Source of the DNA: Vicugna vicugna
Taxonomy: Eukaryota
Assembly (NCBI GenBank): GCA_013265495.1
Contig: MU058781.1
Span: 6,476,522-6,540,521 of the forward strand
Reading direction: 5' to 3'
Length of the DNA: 64,000 nt
Below the pieces are notes generated by a model. The model made no database searches, had not been told where the DNA came from, and saw only the letters and a list, made by a program, of their open reading frames with translations. Positions 1 to 14,072 of the stretch are shown here, piece by piece. Numbering within the stretch: the first letter of the stretch is position 1; each line of letters starts with the position of its first letter. The translations under genes and the position numbers were made by a program.

Positions 1-290
1 TATGAATGGTCCAGATCAACATTCCAACTTTTATTCTGTTCTGTGTAGATCTAGTCAGGAAAAGGTCATGAAAGGAATTCCATGAATAGGATAAAATGTG
101 GTGGTTTTCTTAACTTTCTAGTGTTCAATTTGTTGGCAAATTTTTGTCCTTTTGTATGTCTTTCCAAGTTAGCTTTGGGAACAGTTAGGGTATAATTATT
201 TGTAGACTAGAATAAAACGGCACATAGATGAGTGTGTATAAAGTCTTACGCAGTGGTGATTTAATTCTTACTATTAATAATGCGAATTTG

Positions 291-425
291 GCAGGGAGGG
301 TACAACTCAGTGGTAGATCGCATGCTTAGCATGCATGAGGTCCTGTGTTCAATCCCCAGTACTGCCACTGAAAAAATAAATAAACCTAATTACCTCCACC
401 CCCACGTAGAAAAATAATAATAATA
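291..425 (+). mobile_element. tRNA-derived SINE (Vic-1-like, camelid)
   Basis: A-box ctcagtggtaga, B-box gttcaatcc, tail aataaacctaattacctc plus A-rich end; imperfect taataatg.. flanking repeat. Confidence 0.85.
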
Positions 426-1432
426 ATGTGCATTTTAAAAATCTATCCTATACAGCAGTTGTCACCATCCTAACCTCCCCCGAACCTCCAGAAAATGATC
501 TTTGGGAGTCGTCACAAGTACAGACAAGGTGGGGTCCTGTTTTTCTCAAAGCAAGGCATTCTATGATCACTCCTTTCCCTCCAGGTAGATATTTCTTTTC
601 AGCCTATTTCTCAACATAAATGCCAGATGTCCATTAACAAAGTGAAAGTTTAACGGTTTGCTGATGATCAAATTAAAACACAGCCAGAGGGTATCTTGAC
701 TTATAAATAATGTAGACTCTGTAGCACGTCGTTAAATATGTATGTCTTGTGCGTTTTCCAGTCTTTTGGCCTCTCTGGCTTCCTCTTGATTTTTACAAGC
801 AAAGACTGTTCTCAATCCTTTCTATCAAAATTTTCATTTAGAACTTGTACCAAACCTGTACCTTAGGTTTGTGGATCCAAGTGAGCAGGTGAAGCCTCAG
901 CCGGTGTGTTGGTTGTCTCCAGCCCACTGATCTCCTCTCTGGTCTACAGAGAGTGGCTCCCAGTCTGCCTGACCACACTGGCGCTCAGTCTAATAATTGC
1001 TCCTAGGTTTTTAGCTCCCTTCGGGGTCTTTGGGTAGCCAATTACTTTCGTTCTGCTATGGAAGAGATCCAGACGGCTCAGAGGGAGTCAGGCGTGGCAT
1101 TGACTAACAAAGGAGCCCTAAACGCACAGATAATGAAGTCAGGTTGGAAACTGCTCTGAGTTCAGCCTGAAGGAGACTGTGGAAAGTAAACAAAGGTTGC
1201 TTAGCGCTCACCTACATGCACCAGGGTCTCAGCAAGGTGCTTGAGAACACAGAGATGGATATGTGACACAGTAGACACAGTTTCTGTCATGGACAGTCAC
1301 ATTCCAGCTGAAGAACATATAAACAGTACAGCATGATAAACGTGATGGGGGGGGCAGCATGCTGAAGGAAAGTACAAAGCACAGTGCTTGCACAGACCAG
1401 GAAGACATGGGAGGAACACCCAGCCCTGGAGT

Positions 1433-1583
1433 ACAGTGTAGTTCTTGGACCAGCAGCAATCTGAGAACTTAGAAATGCAGACTCTCAGACCCCGCCCCAG
1501 ACCTCCTGAATCAGAACCTGCATTTTAACAAGATTTTCCCAGATGATTTATATACATATTAAAATTTGAAAAGCACTGCTCTA
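1433..1583. mobile_element. MER5A-like hAT-Charlie MITE
   Basis: ccccagacctcctgaatcagaacctgcattttaacaagat...tttgaaaagcactg. Similar copies at ~11388-11555, ~21492-21650, ~22420-22545 and ~23885-24035. Confidence 0.75.
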
Positions 1584-1939
1584 ATGTGTTCACGTTGGGC
1601 CAAAGGAATCCAACTTGAGGGAGACTCAAGGGAGATGGTTTGTTTTTACTCATTCATTTGTTTAATACTTCGTTTACCTAATAACCATTTATTGGGTACC
1701 CACCATGTACAAAGCACACACCAGACATTGTATGAATGCTACCGTTTCTGCCATCAAGCTGCAGGTTTTAATTACAATGCAAAAAATAAATAACAACACA
1801 AGGCAATGTTGGAAAATAAACCTTGCTAATTAGACTTCTGGGTGGGCAGGAAGGGCAGCAAAGGGCTGCATTTGATTTGAGTCTCTTTTAGGGGGGTTGG
1901 GTTTTCTGTTTTTATTGAAGTATAGTTGATTTGTAATAT

Positions 1940-2350
1940 TAATTAGTTTGTACAGGGGTGTTAAATATGTAAGGTCTTATCTACATGGATTTGATTACAG
2001 AAACTGTACAAATGGAAAAAATTCTGTTTGACGTTTCTAGACCAATATGGCTGTTAATTTCTGTACGATGCCAACCCGACACAGTACAACTGGGATACTG
2101 GTTTTTTTTTTCCAAAGTTGATGGCACAGCTAAAGTTTCCAAAAATTCAAATCATAATATATATTTTTTTAACATAAAAAGTGCAATAGCAGTATGTTAT
2201 GCATCAATTGCAACAAGAGCATTTCCAGGTTCTGCAGTCATCTGAACAAAATTATAGAGACATCCAGTATACTCCATAGAAAAAAAAGGTGAAAAACAAA
2301 ACCCCCGGAAAACAGCAAAGTTCTGTTACTGTTGTGGTACCTGGCACCGT
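1940..2350 (-). pseudogene. Probable retrocopied mRNA 3'UTR fragment, parent gene not identified
   Basis: Unique UTR-like sequence bracketed by T-tracts and short L1 3'-end motifs; resembles a recalled mammalian 3'UTR. Confidence 0.4.
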
Positions 2351-2439
2351 TTTGTTTTGTTTTTATTGAAGTATAGTTGATTCACAATGTTCCCATAGGT
2401 TTTTAAGCAGAAAGTTACACACTGTAAATAGTGATCTAG

Positions 2440-3130
2440 CAATTGTGCAAGATAAATAGAAAAGGCAAGAGATTAGAGACCCTAATACATGTTAGGAGAC
2501 TTCAGTGGATGCTAGGCATGGGGTAATGAGGATGTGACCTTGAGTGTGACAGTGACAATGGAATGCAAGAGGTGAAATGGACACTGAGTTAGAGGACAAA
2601 AAAGACAGAGAGAAATCAAATCTAAACACAAAGTTTCCAATTGAGAAGTCGGAAAGAATCATAGTAACGTCAATAAAAATAGGGATTTCAACAAGAGAAG
2701 GTAGTAGAGGAGCAAGAAAAATACTCACCTGCGTTTTCACCATGTTGCATTTGAGGTGCGGGTGAGACATCCATCTAGATGGCGAGGTGGAGCAGGCAGG
2801 TGAAATGCAGGTCTGAAATTCACCCAAGGGGGAGACCTAGAGATTATTGTCAAATGAAAGAGAAGCTAGAAAAAAGAGAATACGATAAAGGATAAAACCT
2901 TGGGGGACACTTACTTAGAGAATGGAGTAAGTCAGTCAGAGACTAAGTGGTGGGGAGAACTAAAGAGTCGAGGGTCTTAAAGCTCTAACAACGCCAGGCT
3001 GGCCTATCAACTGTGACAATTTGGGAAGAGTGAGGACTGGGAAAAGGCTGCCATCATCTGTCTTATTAATGACCTTTATTTAGAATTCAGTTTCTGAAGG
3101 GTTGGTGTTAGATGCAGTTTTATAGGATGA
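2440..3130 (-). mobile_element. Ancient L2 LINE fragment
   Basis: catgttgcatttgaggtgc...gacatccatctagatgg...caggtgaaatgcaggtctgaa. Other L2 pieces at ~4600-5200, ~8340-8690, ~39040-39730 and ~49790-50530. Confidence 0.65.
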
Positions 3131-4202
3131 AGGAGCAAGAAGATTTTGTGTAATGATCTCTTCATTATTTATGGACCAGCTGTCTGACTTGATGGAGTAT
3201 TGCATACAGCTTCAGCTTCTGCCCTTTGAAGTTTGGGGATTATTTGTGGATTTTATTTTTACCTTAGCTATATCTTTAGTAGAGTAAGTGCAGGTCACAA
3301 ATAAATACCTACAATTCCATACATAATAGTTTTGAGTTGGCTGTACTCTGAAGCTGTAAGTAAGCTTTTTATATTTAGACCTATTTAATTATCTCATAAA
3401 TACCTTTGAGTTTTATTGTTAGTTGATAAGAATGCGTAAATGTTTTTAGAGTATTTAAATCTTTCTCTCCCTAAATCAAAACGGTAGTGGCTTTTAAAAC
3501 TGCCCACTTTAACGATCAAGATTATTTTATTTACTAGGACTTTTTCATAACCAAGAACTGGAACTCTCTAAAACTAGGGGCCAGCAAGTTAATAAATATT
3601 TCTAATTTATTTAAACCATCACTTTGGGAATTTTTTAATTAAGGTGTGCTCATTTAAAATTCCTTTTCCTTAAGGCATAATGTTGAAGGCAGTGGTGTAA
3701 TTGGGGGTGTCCAGTTGTCTACTATCTCCTCTGTCCTCTCTTTGGAAAGTCAGGAGGTAGTGGTTTAAGGGTGCAGGCAGAGATGCTCCCCAGAGCTGCG
3801 CCGCGGGTGCCTGGATCAGAGGAAACTTTGAGTGAACACAGCTGTCAGTCTCAGCCCAGAGCAGAGCCACAGTGAGCACCGCCCCCCCTGGGTTTTCATT
3901 CATCCCTGAGGTGCCACGACTTTGGGTTCACACTCTTAGCCTTCACTCCCAGGGGCTCCCCACTTTCTGAGCCTGGGCCTCCCCGTAATCGCTGCCAGGG
4001 CTGAGTGACATTATCCATCTCCCTGTCCCTCCCCACCTCCAGTGAGAGAGGCAATGGCAGATAAAGCTGTTGTCCCATCCTTTTTAGAATACTAAGTGCT
4101 AGCAAATGTTCCTTCTTTACAAGTGAATTTTATCTTTTCAAATAGCCAAAAGCCATTGAGACCCTCTTTGGAGAGGGATTCATTCAAGTAACGTGCTGTC
4201 CA

Positions 4203-4306
4203 GGGGGATGGAGGCTACAGCTCAGTGGTAGAGCGCACGCTTAGCATACACGAGGTCCTGGGCTCGTTCCCCAGTACTTCCATTAAAAAAACAAAACAAA
4301 ACAAAA
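4203..4306 (+). mobile_element. tRNA-derived SINE (Vic-1-like), short-tail form
   Basis: agctcagtggtagagcgcacgcttagcat...ccccagtac plus A/AAAAC tail. Confidence 0.85.
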
Positions 4307-4360
4307 CACTCTTTTCACTCAAAAGGAGCAGAATACAAAGGCATGAATGATCAGTTAGGC

Positions 4361-4362
<2 letters not shown>

Positions 4363-4413
<51 letters not shown>

Positions 4414-4422
4414 TGTGTGTGT
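4363..4422. repeat. (TG)n microsatellite, ~30 units with one interruption
   Basis: Directly visible. Confidence 0.97.
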
Positions 4423-7400
4423 ATTTGTAAGCAGGTCTGAAGGCAGTCCTAAAATAAAGTTTTGAGTACCAGTAGTTTCATTAAACAAGTGTGTGGCATC
4501 AGGAGCTAATGCTTTGAAAGACAGTACTTATGTGGATCTGTAAGTTCCTGTGTGATTGCTAATGATCCAGTTACACTTATTTGCTATAATGACAAAGCTC
4601 ATGGACCCTCCTCCTGGAATCCCCTTCCTCATATTTCCCTGTGTCAGATCTGATCCATCCTTCCTCAAGGTCTATTTCAAACGGTCTTCTCTCCGAGAAG
4701 CCTCTCTGCTTATCACCGCGCCCTGCCCCAAGCTGGAAGTTGTCCTTTCCCTCCACAGAACCTCCGCACGACTTCTTAAAATCTGTACTTCTTTTATGAC
4801 GCTAAGCACTTTCTACCTTATAAAGCAGTTATTTATTCACTTCCATGAATATTTATGAAGAACCTACCATGTTTCAGGCACTGGGCATATTACCAGTGAC
4901 TTTAAGATGAATCATGAGTGACTCTTCAGAGCTCGGGCTCGAGCGAAGACCAACTCTGAATTCACAGACAAATAATGACAATATGATGTGGTGTCATAAT
5001 GAAGGTGTTCCTAATGGGTCCTTGTAAGAAAGAAACAGGACATTTCCTCTTAGGAGAGTTCCAGAAAACCTACAAAAAGAAGAAAACTTTGAGTTGAGCC
5101 TTGAAGGATATGTTAAAGTCTTCCAGACAGCACACTGGGGGAGAGCTTTCCAAACAGAAGCACAGCCTGAGCAAAGACACGAAGGCTCAGAGCTGGTGCC
5201 TGTCGTCTGGGAAGATGGAAGTGTCTTCCCTCTCCTCCGAGGCTGTGGGCACATTGAAAGCAGAATCCTTTTGCCATTCTGCCTGGGACCTGCAGCAGTG
5301 GCTGGGACAGGGCAGTGTCCAAACACATTTGCTAAGTTGAACACAATCATTTGTAATCACATTTCTTCACAGTGAAATTTCCAGAGGCTTATTCCATTAA
5401 CTATAGCTTGTGTTCATTGAGAACCACATAAATACTATTTCTTTATTTCTTCTATCTAATGATGGTAATGGAAATGGACAATGCATTTTCTCATAGGCAA
5501 TAGCATATTAGTCACAAACGCCTCCCCCCGACCTGTCCCTTGCCACCTGCATGCCTCTAATTCCCAGTTAGTGCAAATTCAGGAAATACAAGCTAATGTT
5601 AGATTAAGCAAAAAGATTTTCTTAAGGAGGGATGGGGGGAAGGTGCAGATTGTCTACAAAAGGTAAAACAAACCCTTTGTAGATGGTAACACAGAGCTAA
5701 GCCCAGGTTTATTGGTCCAGGTCGCACCCTTGGTACAAGCTGTGCAAATTACAGGCTCTTTCCCAGACCTACCACCAGTTAACCTTTCCTGTGAAATTTG
5801 GAACTGAAATTGAGACAAAAGTCACTTTGTCTTAGTGTGCCTCCGCTGTAAACCTCAGGAGATGCTGATGATTCTATGTTTTGTATTTTTCATAAGTAAA
5901 GACAAATTTTTTTGTATTTCTTCCTAAGTAAATATAGAGCCAGATGTAAATCATCTTTATAACAACTATCATTTTGCCTCACCCCTGATCTCTGCCATTT
6001 ACCAAGTGTGGGTAATTTGAGAAATACAACTGTTTCTTTATGATTTTAAAATCCAAAAGTGAAACAAAAAACTTCAGTTCGGTGACAGTTCAGACCTAGA
6101 CTTTTCTAGCCAAATGGAGTAGTTGTCCAGATAATTCAAGCCACATGTCACCCTTGGTCTTACAACCGTTGGCTATCTATAGTTTTTCCTCTTTGATGGG
6201 TATACTCTGCTATCTTTAACTCTGGAAAATTTTCCCATGGAAAATTTAATTTTATCTTTCTTTCTTTTTTATAAGAAATTGTATTTTCAAGCTACCAGTG
6301 CTGGCCTGACAGACAAGAAAAGAGCATTTGGGAATCCCAGATTTGGTCCACAGAGCAGTGGCAAAAAAAAAGCCAAACTAATCATTAAGTCTACTTATCA
6401 AGACAATTTATGCAAAACACTGGGGTCACTTGAGCAAATTAGATTGTGTTCACCATATTCTTCTGGAATCTTCTCTGAGGGCTTGGTTTGCTTCTATCAA
6501 ACGTTTCTCCTTTGGGCGTGTAAAACAGGAATCACCACCTATGTCTTTTGAAGGGGCGCAACCAAAGCTATAAATTAGGAAACATAAAAACACAAGATTA
6601 CTGCTTTCCACGAACTGATACAGACTGTGTAAGGTATTCCCAGGCTGTTTTCCAATTTAAAGCTGTTTTTCCTTCTCTGGAGGGACTTTATTTTTTGTTC
6701 TTTTTTCATCTACTGCCATATTTCACATCTCTCCAGGTCGTCCAAGGAGTAACATGCAGAGACTCCAGGAGGGTGGGAAGACTGGGGATGAGGAAGCCAG
6801 AATCATTGACAAAATCATGAGATTTGGGTTTCCCATTACCTTTCCTCTTGTACTTCTGTCTTGGGCGAAGAGAGTTTGAAGTCTTGCCTTTGAAGTGATC
6901 AAAATAGGCCCTACATTTCCTTCATGATTCGGGACCATCTTTTTATGCTGACTTTATATACATACGATTTTTTTTTAATATTTGTAAGCTTTATTTAGTG
7001 AACTCTGTATGCATACAGCTAGAGGGGGTGGTCGGTAGATAGTTTACAAAATATCCTTGGTATTTTTGTGGAAACTTGAAATTCGAGGATTATTCTGTTA
7101 CCATCAATGAAGTAGGAAATATTCCCTAAATTGACTTTTAAAAAATTGTTAATAAACATATGCTTAAAATATTATACAGCCCTTCATTGTAATATTTTTA
7201 AACAATTTTGTTTTCTTGGAAAGGCCCCCAGAAAGTTTGTTTTCATTGGCAGAAGTCTCAGAATTATAGGAAGTGATAAAAATAAGAGAATAGAGACTGA
7301 AGTCATAAATTCACTTTGGTTAACACTTTTCTTGTACAGGATGATCATCTGTTAGTTATGTGCAATCTTTTTTTCTTGAATATGGTTGTCAGCCAAGAAA

Positions 7401-9183
7401 AGTGTGATATAAATATGAATGTAAAATCCGTAAGTACTTACAGAAATTGACAGATTTGGAAGTGTATCAGTTTCACTAAGTTCTTGATCAGAGTACATCC
7501 CGCTGAAAATAGTTTTGGTGTCTAAAATATAAACAAATCCTAAACCATGAATTTGTAAAGTATTTTCTATTGGTTTGAAAACTAATTTATGTGTATGTAT
7601 GTTAGTCTCTAGTTCTGACACTGTCATTCTTTCTTTTAATCGCACCCTCCGCTTGGGGTGTGTGAGGGGTTTTATCATCCTCCCACTTTGTGTGCCATGT
7701 TACACAAGACCGTTTGAGAGTCTTTGTCTTTGGAAAAGTTAATTAACAGCATCAGCCAAAAGGTTCTGTTGTAAAGCATCGCGAATTCCTGTAGCTGTGG
7801 CATGTTAATATATATTTGTGACTGAAATGGCTTGATGATTTTTAAACGCTTTTGAGGTGTGTAATTGGGCACACAAAATGTACCTGGGGAGCATTAACTG
7901 TAAGCTGGGTGATTAATGGACCAGGCTGACTCTGAGATGGACAGCTAAAGAGAGAATCTGACCAGGAAACAGACGACAGCCATCTGTGTGCGTGCGTGCA
8001 GGGGAGTTGGGGGGGTGGCCGTAAGGGAGGGTGGACAGGAAAACCCATAAACCTGACCACTGCGTGCCAGCTGTTCCATTCAGTAGCTCTATCTGTGATC
8101 TCGGCAAACACTTGCAGACAGGTGGCTCACAATATTACTATCACTGAGCCAATTTTATAGAAGAAACATCGTAACAAAGGCTCTGTTGTGAGACACAAAA
8201 TCCACCTGTTCCAAGAAATTGTCACATGGTATTTTGATTTTCTTGATCTCTGCCTTTTAAAAAATTGGTAAAACCCCAGGCCAAGACGTAGGTTGCCAGA
8301 CCTGTTCTTAAAGTTGGAGATTAATGTTATCTGTATATACATTTTTCCCTGGCTTAAAACCCCTCAGTACCTCTCCTTATAGGACCTCTGTCCTCCACAG
8401 AGCATTCGATGGTGTGGCCCAGGCCTAAGCCACACAGCCCATTTTCTGCTCCCTTGACCCCACTGTGCTGAGGAGACCTGGTCACACCCTCCTCTGTGCC
8501 CCCAGGGTCCCCGTTCATCTTACGCACGACGTCATAACAGACTGCATCTGCAACCACTATTTTGTGCACTCAACACTCCTGCTAGAATCTCATAATCTCA
8601 TAATTCTTAACAAGCAAGACCTAAGCCTCCATTCTCATATACCCAGTTCCTTGCAAGGTAGCACTTGGTCAATGTTGAATGGACAAATGAGCCTACTTAC
8701 TCTGATTCATTTTCAGTCTGTTTATTAAAGTTAGGCTCTATGTAGACCAAATCATCTGCTACCCCTGCTGTTATATTTGAAAAATCTTAGGACTTAAAAA
8801 GTGAACGTTGAAAATTTCCAAAAAATTTAATTAGTAAACAAAATTTTAGGTGGAAAACTTCTCTTTACAGCTGACTTTTTTTTTTTGCTTAAACAACTGT
8901 TTCTGCTTAATTTTGTCACAAAGACATAAAACCTTCATCCAAAAGTACCCTATTAGTCCTACTTTCAACAAACTCAGCAAAATGGATAATTGGAGTCCTT
9001 TTTGTAGATTATCTAGATCCAAAGCTAGGCTGTACCCAAATTAACTGGGTAACTAAGGCAATGGTGTGTGTTGTGGTGGAGAGAAGTGGCTGTTAATTAC
9101 ATAGGTAATTGTCACTAGCAAAACAATATGGAGATTTCATTTAAGAACTTGTAGTTTCCCTTTCAGAATAAAATCTAAATTCT

Positions 9184-9340
9184 GGGGGAAGGGATAGCTC
9201 AGTGGTAGAGTGCCTGCCTAGCATTCACAAGGTCCTAGGTTCAATCCCCGGTACCTTCACTTAAAAAAAAAAAAGTAAATAAATAAACTTAATTACCTCC
9301 TCCCCTAAAAAATAAGTAAATCAAAAATTAGAGAAGAAGA
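9184..9340 (+). mobile_element. tRNA-derived SINE (Vic-1-like)
   Basis: A/B boxes; TSD-like aaaatctaaatt / aaaacctaaatt. Confidence 0.87.
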
Positions 9341-9789
9341 AAACCTAAATTACAAAGTAATAAAGTGATTAGTAATTATTTCAAGTAATAATGAAAAAAT
9401 TTTGATGCATTTTAGTATATAAATATATGTAATAAAGTTATATAATTATATATATTTATAGTATATATAACTGAAATATTACAGGCTTTCCACATGCCGC
9501 ATACAATGGTTCCATTATTTTATAGTTATAGTTCATATATTTAAAATCAGAGGAAGCAGCTGTTCCCAGGACAGTTGAAATTAATTTAGAGAAAGGGATT
9601 TGCAGGCATTCTAAAAAGTCTTTGTGCCCCTCACCCCCGTTTAAAAAAAAAAAAGTAGATAATCAAGCATCTGCTCTCAAAATTAATCTTAATAGAACTT
9701 TCAAAAGCAGCATTTTTAGATTTTGTGTTGTGTTCTTGCAACACAAGTGAACTTTTGCCCCCTGAATTTGGCCATTTAATGTGCTGCGC

Positions 9790-9866
9790 TGCTTTGCTTT
9801 GCTTTGCTTTGCTTGCTTGCTTGCTTTCTCTCTTTCTCTCTTTCTTTCTCTCTTTCTTTCTTTCTT
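9790..9866. repeat. Compound (CTTTG)n/(CTTG)n/(CT)/(CTTT)n microsatellite
   Basis: Directly visible. Confidence 0.9.
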
Positions 9867-12800
9867 AAGCCGCTGTTACAATGGCTTTAATAAAATATAG
9901 TTTTCAATTGTTTCCAGTTTGGGGCTCTAATATACTTCAGACTCATTTCATTAAGATGAGGTTGTATTTTTAAAAAGCATCTGTGTAGGGGTTGCTCTGC
10001 TTAACTCAGGTTAAGCCCTTCCCCCTGCAGCTTCCTTCATTTCAGTCCTCACCTCACCTCTACTTTTCAGTCTGTGTGACCCTGTGCATGTCACAGGAGA
10101 CCATAGTTCTGTAGGTCCTGAGTTTTTAGGTGTGTAATTCTACACCATAGAAATAAACTGGTTAGGGTAAAACACACTATAAAAGAATGTTAAGGTTTCT
10201 TTTAGAAGGGCCAGAAGTACTCAGATAATTTGCAGGTGTAAACACCATCTTTTATTAAATGTCTTTGTTTTATTCTGCATGTGCGGATCTGACCCCGTAG
10301 CCTCTGTTCCAGGAAATGAAGGCAATCTGCAGCCTAATTAAATATGATCCTCTGTGCCTCTCCCGGGATCCTCTCAGGTTCCTGGAGCAGCCTCCGAAGC
10401 TCTTCCCAGCCCCCATTCTCGGCATCTCCAGACAGGTTTGCCCCTGTGGGAGCTTCCGTCTGTCTCCCTACACAGACCTAACTCCAGGTGTGGGCTGGGC
10501 CAGATCTGCCCCGCCCTGCTCCTTTCTCCTTTTAGCTCCACTGCCCACAGGCCCATCTCCCACGGAGAATAAGAAGCAGTGGACCCTTCAATGGGTGACC
10601 GAGGTTGTAGGCTTCATCTGATCCACTGCTTCTCATTCAGTCTAGACAACCTGGTGCATTACCTGCCATGAGATTTTACCTCTGAGGGACGCTTACACCC
10701 AGGGGCAATGCCCTTAAATCTCCAGTCCCCAGAGTGAGGGTCAGATCCCTATCCCAGAGCGACGTGAGCACTAGGCAGGGAACCAAGATGGGGGGGGGGG
10801 CTCAAGGACCCCATTTCTGGAATCCACACATACTCAGGAAAAACGAGAAAGGCAATGAGTAAGGTTCCTAGAACCCGGACACAGAATCAGAACAAGGCAG
10901 TGTCCAGGGCCACTTGGTGCTGAGGTGCCAGTGCTGGCACCCACGACCTCTCACATCCCCATGGGATCAAGTCTGCTCTCAGAGTTGGCTGGAGGAGCTC
11001 GGTCTGCTGCTAAGGTGTCTGAGGGATGTGAGGAGTAGTGAGCGTAAAACTTAAATTAAATTATTACACCACCTCCCAATACTTCATGCATGTTTAAGCC
11101 AGCGGCCCAAGAGCAACACTGCGTATCTGTTGAGGGAGCCCATACTTCTGGTTCTTTCATTTGACTAGCGTCTTTTTTTTCCCCCATGTCTAAATATAGC
11201 ATAAAGGATTTCCCTGAAGAAGGCTTCACAGTCAAGCAGATATGTGCTTGAATTATGCTTCTGCCATTTACAGGCTGTTTAATATTGGGTCAGCCTTTCT
11301 GACTTGCTGTTTTATTTTCTGTTAGAAAGGGAGTTCAGTCCTAGTAATATCATTGTGGTGACTAAGATCCATCTCAGGACAAAGCGTAGAGTGGTTGTTC
11401 CCAACCTTGTCTGCACACTGGAATCATCTAGGGAGCTTTGGAAAATCTGGCGCCCATGTCCTGCCTCCCCAGAGAGTGTTCCTGCATGTGGCCCGAGCTT
11501 TGGAATGTCTGACGGATCCCCAGATGATTCTAATGTTCAGGCAAGTTTGGGGAGCCTTGGCGAAGAGCCTGTCCTTTACTGAGCATTAAATATCTCTTAA
11601 ATGAATGAAAATAACCAGTGCCTGGCACATACAGGCCTTTCCAGAATTCTTGGCCTCCTTCCCTCCCCTGACCATCTCCCCTCTGGCCAACAGGGACACC
11701 TGGAAACAGTGTCTGGCTGTAATTCCAGCCGACATGGCTGCCACTGATAGCCAGGCACAGAAGAACGCAGAAAGCTCTGGCACCACGTGCTGTAGTAGCC
11801 TGCAGGAGAAGAGGGGAGGAGCCAGAGATAAGTTTGTCACAGGGGCAGCTGACAGAGATTCTGTTAAGGGAATGTCCAAGTTTGCCCTCGAGGACACCAT
11901 ACTGGAAAGCTCCTGAGTACTGACCATCAGGTCACCTTGGAAACTAGTGCCTCATCTTGTGCTCCCACCGGGGTCACAGAGGCAGAGCCTACAAAGGATA
12001 AGCCGAAGGCAGAGTTTCAGCTGGTCCTGAGCTATTTTTTTGGCTTTTATAGTTAACATTTGTTGCAGTAAATCCTTTGGTCTTCCTGGCTCAGCCACTG
12101 AATGTATCAGAATTACCAGAAGTTGAATATGTGACCCATTGGTTTCAGTGAGTATCCTTTAATGGCTCTTGGAGAGAGACTCTGAATTCTGAGAGCCAGG
12201 AAACCATCTAAGCCATTCTAAGATTTAGAAGCCAGTGTGTCTCCCCTTTCCACAGAATAGGAGAATGTTAAAGATTCAGTGTTTCAGATGGCGGGGAGGG
12301 TCCTGCCCCTTCACTGACTGTTTGAGTTATTATGTGCTGATGAGTAAAAGTAATACTCCATGGCTCTGAGTGTCTGGAACTGAGGACTGGAATATTGTCT
12401 GATGCACCATGCTTCTATTTTACACTGTTTATAATTCAGAGCAAACTCTCAAATTTCACCCCAGTAATGTAATAGGTAATATTTAAGGTACTGGAAAAAA
12501 AAATTGGTCTGTCTCAAGAACTGTGCAGTCATTTTCTCCTTGACCCAAGAATCCTGATGGAGTCAGGCTGTTCTTCCTTACAAACAGAAGAATATCACAA
12601 ATTATAATTTCAGGAGACGAGACCTCCAGCCTGCTCAGTTTTTAAGTTGTGCATTCTGAATAAGAGATAAATCTTTTCTTTTCAGGGTAATTCTACACTT
12701 GATAGGGATTATCTAAGTACTTTGAAAACAGTGTGGATTTTTTTTTAACTGAAAACTACTGCAGATTAAAACTTCCTGATATGGGCACTTCGTAGTACTG

Positions 12801-13882
12801 GGTGTTTTATGAAAACAAGGATCTGCTGTCTTTGTTAATATTTAGCACTTATGCGATGTTTTACATACTGTATTTGGTATTGAAAATATGTGAGTCTAAG
12901 CCACATTTTCATCACTCTCCATTTTTAAAGTTTCCTATTTTTTAAATTGAATTAGTTCACCATTCCTTACCATAGCTGTACAGTTCTGCTTCGGGGTTTA
13001 AGAGTAAAGTGGTATATAAAACACGGTTATTGTATATGTTTGCTTCTGTCCTACTAGTTTTAACTCTGTGACTTCCTCTATGGGATCCTCTCAAAACATT
13101 AAGACAAATCCTTCTCTTGTCTGTCCCCTCTTACTGCCATTTGAATTTGTTAGAACTTCATACTGAAAATGACAGTTGCACTGTGCATAGCAGAGAAAAG
13201 AATAATCATAGGTCTTGCTCAGGCAAAATTAACTTTTCTCTGGTTCACTAAGAGTCAGCATTAGATGAACCAAACCATCAGAGGGGTCCTGGACCCTGAT
13301 CATCTTCATGTTTGACAGATATCCAGGTCATGTATGGTCCTCACTTGGGGTTCAGTTTAAGGCACGCATACTTGAAAAATGAGTTGCAAAGAAAGGGCTT
13401 CAGTACCCCTTTCTTTAGCACCTCAAAAAGCTAACCACTGAATATTTTTCACTAGTCTTGCTCTCTTATTGGTGGGTGCAATTCCCAATGTCCTCAAAAG
13501 AATCCTCTTATCAGTTGGACCACTTTTTTCTTTTGATTATCAATTGGCCAAAACCCAGTTTCATTTATATCCTGAGCTTTGGACATGAACCTGTGAATGT
13601 GGCTGTGTTTGCCTTTGGGTTGGTGTGAATCCTGGACATGCAGTGTCTACTAACAGGGCTGTACAGCTGTGTTATGCTCCGTGTTCCCAAGGCAGACCCT
13701 GACTCGGTCCCAGGTCTTCCTAAACAGGCCCATGATGCGCAGGTGTACCCCTGGGTGCCCTCTGTGAATTGAGAACCCCACACCCTCATTGGCAGTAGGT
13801 TCTGAGTGATGTAGGCAGAATCCCAGCTCTCAGCAAGGGCATCAACCTCAATAGAACACTTTCTGTCTTCTCTCTCCCACAG

Positions 13883-14072
13883 GGTCCAGTGGCATCAACT
13901 GCGTCAGCACTGTCTGTCCTCTCCCTTGGGCCTGGCCTTCTTCCACCCCCACCTCCTCCACCTCCTCCAGGGCCACCTCCACTTTTTGAGAGTGAAGACA
14001 GGAAAGAGGGGTCCTCTCCTTCACGCTCAGCTTTATTTGCGCAACTTAACCAAGGGGAAGCAATTACAAAGG
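13883..14072 (+). CDS. CAP2: CAP2 (cyclase-associated protein 2) internal exon: polyproline P1 and start of WH2 domain
   Basis: Acceptor ctcccacag|GGT, donor AAGG|gtgaga; 190 nt; GPVASTASALSVLSLGPGLLPPPPPPPPPGPPPLFESEDRKEGSSPSRSALFAQLNQGEAITKG. Upstream exons were not found in the window. Confidence 0.96.

Noticed and set aside
291..365. tRNA-Ala-like sequences (five places)
   Set aside because: They have A-rich tails, TSDs and degenerate stems, so they are SINE heads rather than tRNA genes.
10924..10941. 8-bp perfect inverted repeat; also small hairpins near 5654-5682 and 59306-59324
   Set aside because: Short stems are expected by chance in 64 kb; no miRNA- or snoRNA-like features.
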